Shown in pieces: positions 13,369 to 20,000 of a stretch of DNA of 20,000 nt (positions are counted from its first letter, which is position 1; every line of letters begins with the position of its first letter). A program made the translations under genes and the position numbers. This DNA is from an uncultured virus (IMG/VR IMGVR_UViG_3300032093_000107) (Duplodnaviria > Heunggongvirae > Uroviricota > Caudoviricetes). The DNA is taken from the IMG/VR virus record IMGVR_UViG_3300032093_000107. One strand, 5' to 3'. The notes under the pieces were generated by a model that ran no database searches, had not been told where the DNA came from, and saw only the letters and a program-made list of their open reading frames with translations.

Positions 13369-15507
13369 CTAGATCAAAGATACTGAAACATCTAGGAATC
13401 TGCCTAGTGCTAGAGCGTAGGTATCACAGTACACCTGTTTGTCCTGCCTGACGGATTGAACTTCAGAAATAGATAAAATCGTCCACACTTGAGAGTTCCA
13501 TCTAATTCTTTCTCCTACAACCCAAGGTTTTCTATTGTGCAATTCAACGGTTATAGTATAGGCTTGTTCGGTGTTGGTGTGACTGATTTGAGTTTGCGCT
13601 CCTAGGAAAACTTTGGCGTAAGTTGTTCCCCCAGTAAAGCCAATTGATTCGGTTGTGATAGAGGCATTTAATTGGGGTAAAGCATCAGGAGTTTTAATTC
13701 TATATCTTCTATTGTCTACCGTCGGATTTCGTGGACCAGGGACTTCCCTAGAAAGCTTGGAAACCGTAGCAGGTCTTCCTGTAGAGGTTGAAACTTGATT
13801 AATCGAAGCTGAGTCTCTAAAACTTTGCCCGCTTGAATCGGTACTAAAGCTTCTAATCTGATATCTTTCTGGCACTTGAGGAGAATTACTAGATTGGGGA
13901 GATATTACCGTGGTATAAATTTCTTCTGTTTTGTTTTCTCCTGCCACGATAGGAGGCAATGGATCATCGTCTGTGCTTTCTGGATCTGGTACTAGCTGGG
14001 TATTTGATTGAGAAAAAAAGCTTTTTTTGACATACTTAGAATCATCTGTAATATCAGAATAATGATCGTCCATGCGCCCCAAAAAGTTTATCTGGCTGCT
14101 ACTAATTGGCAGTCTTTCGGCTGTGTAAAGGGCTATTAGTTGAGCAATGACTGTTAGGCGATCTGCGTCTGTAGTGGGATTTAATTCTTCTATTTTGAGA
14201 GCCAATAATTCTAATGATTCGCTTTCTTGCTTAAATCTTTGTAATTTCCAACCCGTAGAAGCAAACCCAGTATAATTCCCTTCTGAGTCATGGGAATATA
14301 CTTTTTGCTCATAAGATACTTGTTCCCAGTGAACGTCAATTGATGGATTTAAAAATTCTTGATTGTAACGGAATGGATTCGAGGATGTAACATTGATTAC
14401 AAAAACATCAAGGGAATTATATACGAATCCATAGGTTTCTTCTATTTCTTCTACAGTCTCCCCGTTAAAGCTTTTAATTGTTTTTTTGGTTTTTGTAATC
14501 CCTCCACTGTCAAAAGCATGGGTGGGAACTCTTAGGTAATCGCTAGGATAAGCTTCCTGAAAAAAGCCCCGATTAATAGTTGGGGGAACTTCTGGGGTTG
14601 GATCTCCTTCTATGTTTATCGCAAATCCTTGAGAATCTTCTCCTTCTTCTTCTTCTTCATTGTCTGCTACGGTTCTATCTATTATTAATTCTGCATTGTT
14701 GAGTTCTTTGGTCAACCTGACCCCATCTACGGAAGCACCAAACCCACCGGTTGATTCGTAGGTTAAACTTTTTATTTCCCAGTCGTAGAGGGTATAGATT
14801 GGTTCGGTTCTAAAGTCTTTTAAAGTAATTCCTGCCACATTATTCCAATCTGGGAATTTACCTTGAATTATGGCAATGTCAGGAATTAAATCCCTTAGCG
14901 TAATTGTTTCACTGCTATCGGGTTCAAGTCCACTAACAGGAATGAAATTATCAACGCCGCCTATGATCGTAACTTCGGATTGCCTAGCAACATAGCTAAA
15001 AGGATAGGATCTAATTCTATTGCTAGTTCCCCCTGTCCCACTAGATCCTAAATTGATTTGAATCGGTTTATCAACTGGACATCTAATGGTATCGCCATAA
15101 TTTGAGTAAGGGCTTTGTAGTGGGATTATTATTTGTACAGCTTCACGGGAAAAATCTACAGATGAAACACCACAGATAAAATCAATTCCATAGCAGGAAA
15201 TCGCTCTAGTTGGAGCGAAAAAAGTTAGAAGTTCTGACAGTTTGGACTTGTGGGATCTAATTGTTAGGTTTCCACTAGGAGGATTTCGCCACGATTGAGA
15301 GATAGAAAGATTAATAATTCTGGCAATGGAAAAAAGAGGATCTGGATTAATTATTAGATTGGTTTTAATCCTAGGTGTGCTAATTTCTAAAGGCTCAATA
15401 ATTTCTATCGAAGACGGTGTGGCAATGGGAGAGTTAAAGATTGTAAATCCTGCTACGGTAAAAGCTGCGACGTTGTAAGAGTTGCTAATAGTAAATCCTG
15501 CTGGCAT
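13369..15507 (-). CDS. Probable virion tail/baseplate hub-like structural protein (712 aa)
   Basis: S/T/I-rich beta-type composition; C-terminal 'VGERIRW...WTILSISE' pattern of tail hub proteins; lies in the structural operon. Confidence 0.5.
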   Translation of the reverse strand: MPAGFTISNSYNVAAFTVAGFTIFNSPIATPSSIEIIEPLEISTPRIKTNLIINPDPLFSIARIINLSISQSWRNPPSGNLTIRSHKSKLSELLTFFAPTRAISCYGIDFICGVSSVDFSREAVQIIIPLQSPYSNYGDTIRCPVDKPIQINLGSSGTGGTSNRIRSYPFSYVARQSEVTIIGGVDNFIPVSGLEPDSSETITLRDLIPDIAIIQGKFPDWNNVAGITLKDFRTEPIYTLYDWEIKSLTYESTGGFGASVDGVRLTKELNNAELIIDRTVADNEEEEEGEDSQGFAINIEGDPTPEVPPTINRGFFQEAYPSDYLRVPTHAFDSGGITKTKKTIKSFNGETVEEIEETYGFVYNSLDVFVINVTSSNPFRYNQEFLNPSIDVHWEQVSYEQKVYSHDSEGNYTGFASTGWKLQRFKQESESLELLALKIEELNPTTDADRLTVIAQLIALYTAERLPISSSQINFLGRMDDHYSDITDDSKYVKKSFFSQSNTQLVPDPESTDDDPLPPIVAGENKTEEIYTTVISPQSSNSPQVPERYQIRSFSTDSSGQSFRDSASINQVSTSTGRPATVSKLSREVPGPRNPTVDNRRYRIKTPDALPQLNASITTESIGFTGGTTYAKVFLGAQTQISHTNTEQAYTITVELHNRKPWVVGERIRWNSQVWTILSISEVQSVRQDKQVYCDTYALALGRFLDVSVSLI

Positions 15508-16928
15508 TAGATCGCCTCCTGATTACCTTGCACTTTATCTAGAATTGCCTGAATATCTACTGATGGTAATGCCCCCGAATTGCTTAGGATAGCCCATAGA
15601 TTCTCAATATCTAAAGCCCCTAGGGTAAAGAGTTCTGTTAGGACTCGAATCATTTCAGGTGACAGCCCCATCCAATACCCTTCTTTAATTACTATTCCCT
15701 GATCTGATGGCGGCTTTTTATTTTCCCACAGCGCCCAAAGGGTGAAAATCTCGTTAACTGCACTCATTTTATCGGAGCCGTAAAGACTTAGATTGGCTCT
15801 TGATACAGTTCCCCTTATGTTGGCTTCCGTGGCTGTCATCGTTTGTTCAGAGCCTAGGAAATTTAATGATTCTTGGGCTATTTCCTTCTCTATCTGTTCA
15901 TAAGCTTCTTTTTTTAGATTAATAGCGTTACCAGTTGTTTCTAATATTTGAAGCGTCTGATCCGCAGCCAAATCAACTACGGTATGGGGTGATATTAGTA
16001 GAGGAGTCAATACTTTATCATCAGATGTGCTTGCTACCCCAGTCCTGACGTATAAAGGGGCTTGGTAGTGCAAAGACTCTAAATAGTCAGTATGTAGTTG
16101 ATAGTGGCTTAAATTAGCTTCTGCAATGCCCAGTAAAGGCGGTTCTATCTCAAATGGATTATTGCAATTATTGGGGTAAAAAACCACAGGAATTATGGGT
16201 AAAGACGTTTCTCCTTCATCGACAATCGACAAAGTCCCATTAACTTTTTCCCATACCTGAAAAGATCCAGCTTTAAACTCGACAAATTGATCAGTTAATT
16301 TTACGATGTAATCATCTGAATTATCTTGCTTGTAGTAACTTCTTTTTATGACCAATCTATCAGTAATCGAAACCCCGTCCAAGCCATAACTTATTGACCA
16401 GTTCATGATATCTTCCCTGTCAACTCTGGTCAAAAACGGTCTTTTTTTTGAATTATCACTGCTACGACTATAATCTACAATAATCGCGCAAAAACCCTTA
16501 GATAAAGCCGATACATCAGCATCCACTAAGAACTGTTGCAAGCTTGTTCCATGCAAGTCAATATTATTTAAAATTGCTTCTCTTTGCTCTTGAGAATACC
16601 AGCTTAATGTATCTGGCTTGATGCTAAATTGACTTAATAATCCTGCAAAATTATTAACTGTTTTTTCAAATAGTTTTTTATAGCGACTTCTTTTTAATCT
16701 TCCATAATATTTTTCAGGTGACTCTCTTGTCTGTATTGGAATAAAAATATTTCTAATTGAAGCGTAATACTCATTAGGATCGCTATTCACTAATCCTAAA
16801 TTAGCTATTCCGTTGTCGCTGTATTGCTCGTAAGGATACCATGCCTGTTTTCCTTCATAGGAAGCAGTTAGAAACCTTAAGAGCGATTCAAATTGTTCGT
16901 ATTGCGGATGCTTAGAATCAATGGGCAT
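15507..16928 (-). CDS. Phage portal protein (DUF4055-like)
   Basis: HPQY, ESPEKYYGRLKRS, NIDLHGTSL, GFCAIIVDY, RPFL...IMNW, IPVV, PPLLGIAEANLSHYQ..DY...LH and TATEA motifs. Confidence 0.9.
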   Translation of the reverse strand: MPIDSKHPQYEQFESLLRFLTASYEGKQAWYPYEQYSDNGIANLGLVNSDPNEYYASIRNIFIPIQTRESPEKYYGRLKRSRYKKLFEKTVNNFAGLLSQFSIKPDTLSWYSQEQREAILNNIDLHGTSLQQFLVDADVSALSKGFCAIIVDYSRSSDNSKKRPFLTRVDREDIMNWSISYGLDGVSITDRLVIKRSYYKQDNSDDYIVKLTDQFVEFKAGSFQVWEKVNGTLSIVDEGETSLPIIPVVFYPNNCNNPFEIEPPLLGIAEANLSHYQLHTDYLESLHYQAPLYVRTGVASTSDDKVLTPLLISPHTVVDLAADQTLQILETTGNAINLKKEAYEQIEKEIAQESLNFLGSEQTMTATEANIRGTVSRANLSLYGSDKMSAVNEIFTLWALWENKKPPSDQGIVIKEGYWMGLSPEMIRVLTELFTLGALDIENLWAILSNSGALPSVDIQAILDKVQGNQEAI

Positions 16929-16932
16929 GGTT

Positions 16933-17721
16933 TTAATCTCTAACTAATGGGGGAATAAAACGATAAGGATGATTGGCGGCAAGCCGATTTTGATGATCAC
17001 CATCCCAAGCTATTACACCTTCAATCAGCGAAATATCTAGATTAGTAATTGAGGAATTAGTGATTATTATATTTCGGAATCCGCCGACCCAAGTCCTGTT
17101 AATGGAAGAAAGTTCGGCGCCAAAGCTCCAAGGAAGATTGGCGGTGTTTGTCCCTGGACGTAGAGCTAGAGTAGAGGCAGGAAGTGGCAACGGGGATGTT
17201 GCCTGGGTAAAGTACGCCCCCCCATTTTTGCTGTACGACCCAGTTAATAATAGCGATCCCCATGAACCTCCATTCCCAAAGACACGAGGATCGGAAGTTG
17301 TACTTCCCCCATGGACCAATCCGTTTACACTACTAAAACCAGACGCCAAGCCATCAGAATAGAAACAAGAAAGGATTATTCTTGCTTCTGTTGACAGGGA
17401 AATGCTGCCACCGCTTACCTCCAAACGTCGGCTGCCAGTAGTGGTAAGGCTTCCAAAGGAAGGCTTGCCTTTAAACTGCAAATCGCTAGGGAAATGCGTT
17501 AATCTCCTGCTCTCGGTTGCTTGTATCCCGTCGTTTCCTTTTCCAGTCAAGTCCGAGGCGCCAGAAACCAGCCCGTTAGCATCCACATTTAGAAAGTCTG
17601 CATTGTACCAGCAATGCAGCACTTTTCTAAGGTTTTGCGCTGCCATTACGGGAGTCAAAACTCTAGTCTGCCTTAATCCTTCTACCCCAAAATTCCCGTT
17701 AGCATTCCCAGTGTGAGACAT
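16933..17721 (-). CDS. Tail/receptor-binding-associated protein (LamG/concanavalin-like)
   Basis: WYNAD...VSGASDLTGKGNDGIQAT..R N-terminal motif and EGVIAW...LAANHPYR..PP C-terminal motif seen in virion lectin-like domains. Confidence 0.55.
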   Translation of the reverse strand: MSHTGNANGNFGVEGLRQTRVLTPVMAAQNLRKVLHCWYNADFLNVDANGLVSGASDLTGKGNDGIQATESRRLTHFPSDLQFKGKPSFGSLTTTGSRRLEVSGGSISLSTEARIILSCFYSDGLASGFSSVNGLVHGGSTTSDPRVFGNGGSWGSLLLTGSYSKNGGAYFTQATSPLPLPASTLALRPGTNTANLPWSFGAELSSINRTWVGGFRNIIITNSSITNLDISLIEGVIAWDGDHQNRLAANHPYRFIPPLVRD

Positions 17722-17726
17722 GGTTT

Positions 17727-18206
17727 TTATCCTAGGTAATCAAATCTTTCACCACTAAGGACGCATATTGTACTGGCGGTTAAATTTGCCAACGTTGACG
17801 CTTTCAAATCTTCATTCCTTCCCAACAAAATGTAAGGTTTTCTTCCGACTGCATCAACTTGTAATCCAGGTAAATTAGCAAAAGCTAACAAATCAGTGTT
17901 AACCCTAGCAGCGAAAGTATTACCAGCAGACAGGGGAATATTAACGAGTCCGATAGGACGAACAAAGTTTGACCCCTGTACATGCCCACTAGCTGTAAAT
18001 CCGTAAAGAAAAACGTTGACTGTTACAGTATCGTTTGTCATGCCAACTAAGGAAACAACTCTACCCCCAAAAGTAGTAGCAGGAGAAACAATAACTCCGT
18101 TAGTATCAGAGTTCAAGGCTCCGATTGTTGTGCCTGTTAAAAGTCCTTTAAAAGTATTTTGATTGATAGCGTACTTTGGACTCTGTGTATCTGGGTTAAG
18201 TGCCAT
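17727..18206 (-). CDS. Probable tail-fibre-associated structural protein (159 aa)
   Basis: G/T/N/A-rich, MALNP..P.Y start, context within the fibre cluster. Confidence 0.5.
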   Translation of the reverse strand: MALNPDTQSPKYAINQNTFKGLLTGTTIGALNSDTNGVIVSPATTFGGRVVSLVGMTNDTVTVNVFLYGFTASGHVQGSNFVRPIGLVNIPLSAGNTFAARVNTDLLAFANLPGLQVDAVGRKPYILLGRNEDLKASTLANLTASTICVLSGERFDYLG

Positions 18207-18208
18207 AA

Positions 18209-18583
18209 TTAATTTTCGTATCCTAAAATTGTGAGTAATGAAGAGTTGGCTGCTAGTCCCTGAACAATTCCCAAAATCGAGGAGTCTGTAACGGTGTTGT
18301 CGTCAAACGTCCCGTCTTTGTTATCAAGTACCGTAGCAGAAGAGGTAATAATTAATCCCTCCGAAATAGCAAATTTAATTGATTGCTGTACTAAAATTTG
18401 CATTGCACTAGAATCATTAGCAACGTTTTTAGCCAGTTTTATTAGCTGAGATGAGCTATTGCTATCTTGCAAGATAGCGGTGGCAACTATTGTAATAGCC
18501 GCCGAGAATCTATTCTGCAATGAGACATTGTTTAATGTCAAATTGACGTATTTTAGTTCGGTTCCTGTGGGAATTTCAATCAT
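18209..18583 (-). CDS. Hypothetical protein (124 aa), fibre cluster
   Basis: ORF track; overlaps the stop codon of the fibre gene. Confidence 0.6.
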   Translation of the reverse strand: MIEIPTGTELKYVNLTLNNVSLQNRFSAAITIVATAILQDSNSSSQLIKLAKNVANDSSAMQILVQQSIKFAISEGLIITSSATVLDNKDGTFDDNTVTDSSILGIVQGLAANSSLLTILGYEN

Positions 18584-20000
18584 AAATTACCTGTAAGAAT
18601 TAAAGTAGAAACTAGATAAGATAGTTCAACTTCGTCGGAGGGTTGATTACTAGACACTAAATCAAATTTATTGTCTAGGGAATTAAATCTAAAATAGAAA
18701 TAATCTTCAATGCCTCCCCCAGAAGTTGTGTTAGGTAATAATCCAGCGTAAGCAGAACCCCAAACTATTCGCCTTATAGAAGCCGAAGTAATTCTTAATA
18801 CTAATTCCTGATAATTTACAGGAGTACCCGTAGGGTTAGCTATTGTCGCATTTTGCGACAAAGAATTTAATATTCCTATTGTAGTTGTATCTACGTTAGG
18901 GGTGACAGTAGCAGCGTCGGTCAAAGTTGTTATTGTTGGGGAACCGCCACCACCGCCAGTAATTGTTAGATTTCCAGAGCCGAGTACAGATTGATTGTTA
19001 ATCGTTTTTATGGTTACTTCACTAACTAACAATGGCTGTAGTCCCGAAGTTAGTCCGGATACGGTTGTGACCCGATGGGCTGATTCTGATATTCCGTAGA
19101 TTAAAACCTGATCTACATTGGCAGGAACTGTTTTAGATTGTAGTGCTTGGATATTTAATCCTATTGTTCTGTCTGCTGATAAGTCACCTCCTCCTGTTAA
19201 TCCTGAAGCCGTAGCAATAACTCTAGAGCTTAAAACCCTAGAATCTAAATTGGTTTGAAGGTTGTTAATATCAGCAATCGAATGGGTATGTCCAGATGCC
19301 GTTTTGTTGTCAATTTGTCCTTGAATTAGTGACGTAACACCACTTAAGTAACTTAATTCAGTTGTTGTTATAGAAGATGCTGATAAGTGTCCTGACGCGG
19401 TGGAAATCGCTACTCTATTAGCTGTTTGATCGGCAGCCCATCTAGTACCATTGGCAAGGGAATATTGAGGGTGGTCATCGGCATTTAGTCCTGTTAGTGC
19501 GTTATGAGCAGTTACCCCGCCTCCGCCGCCAGAATAGCCCGTTATTCCCGATACGGTAGTCCGTCGATGAGTTGAAGTCGAAACGTCATAAATTAAAACC
19601 TCATCTAAAATAGAGGGATTTGTTTTAGCTTGAAGCCCTGAGATATTTAGAGCGATAGTCCTATCAGCCGATAAATCTCCCCCGCCTGTCAGTCCTGAAG
19701 CCGTAGCAATAACTCTAGAGTTAGAAACTTTTAGATCCAAACCTGCCTGTTGAAGAGTTGAAATGGGCTTATTTATATCACTCGTATTATCTACATTGGA
19801 CAGTCCTACCATTGCCTTGGTAATACCAGATACCGTACCTGTAAAGATAGGATTATTGATAGGAGCTTTTAGGTCTAAAGCTGTTTGTTGAAGAGTTGAA
19901 ATGGGCTTATTTATATCACTCGTATTATCTACATTGGACAGTCCTACCATTGCCTTGGTAATACCAGATACCGTACCTGTAAAGACAGGATTATTGATAG
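18580..20000 (-). CDS. Tail fibre protein (5' end outside the window)
   Basis: VGLSNVDNTSDINKPISTLQQ repeats, GLTGGGDLSADRTI repeats, HTHSIADINNLQ, HNALTGLNADDHPQY and IKTINNQSVLGSGN fibre motifs. The frame stays open to the window edge. Confidence 0.85.
   Translation of the reverse strand, partial: INNPVFTGTVSGITKAMVGLSNVDNTSDINKPISTLQQTALDLKAPINNPIFTGTVSGITKAMVGLSNVDNTSDINKPISTLQQAGLDLKVSNSRVIATASGLTGGGDLSADRTIALNISGLQAKTNPSILDEVLIYDVSTSTHRRTTVSGITGYSGGGGGVTAHNALTGLNADDHPQYSLANGTRWAADQTANRVAISTASGHLSASSITTTELSYLSGVTSLIQGQIDNKTASGHTHSIADINNLQTNLDSRVLSSRVIATASGLTGGGDLSADRTIGLNIQALQSKTVPANVDQVLIYGISESAHRVTTVSGLTSGLQPLLVSEVTIKTINNQSVLGSGNLTITGGGGGSPTITTLTDAATVTPNVDTTTIGILNSLSQNATIANPTGTPVNYQELVLRITSASIRRIVWGSAYAGLLPNTTSGGGIEDYFYFRFNSLDNKFDLVSSNQPSDEVELSYLVSTLILTGNL
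19748..20000. repeat. 138-bp-period tandem repeat within the tail fibre gene
   Basis: 19748-19862 and 19886-20000 are identical except for one base (GATAG versus GACAG). Confidence 0.9.

Noticed and set aside
10868..17716. Nested or antisense ORFs at 10868, 12251, 12265, 17060 and 17402
   Set aside because: They lie wholly within longer genes that have recognisable motifs.

Overview
The window is part of a cyanobacterial phage or prophage genome. The evidence is an nblA gene, a DUF6464-like gene, three HIP1 GCGATCGC sites, a DUF4055-like portal, tail fibre genes and a lambda-O-like replication module. Most genes lie on the minus strand. From right to left they are: tail and portal genes, a replication operon with nblA and an orphan HicA-like gene, a helicase-methyltransferase fusion, and a TnpB-derived RuvC nuclease resembling type V-U2 (C2c8). 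The ORF track missed that nuclease because it runs off the left edge. The most notable region is 4.1-7.6 kb. Six near-identical promoters there (14-bp palindrome, ATGACA -35, 17 bp, extended -10) drive self-contained cassettes. Four plus-strand cassettes encode small unknown proteins, mostly acidic, and one minus-strand copy drives the helicase-methyltransferase/nuclease operon. One cassette encodes no protein but a ~150-nt RNA with two cyanobacterial type I-D-like CRISPR repeats around a single short spacer, followed by its own terminator. The region looks like a co-regulated phage anti-defence or competition island containing a CRISPR-mimic RNA. All family assignments come from motif recognition and memory, not from database searches.
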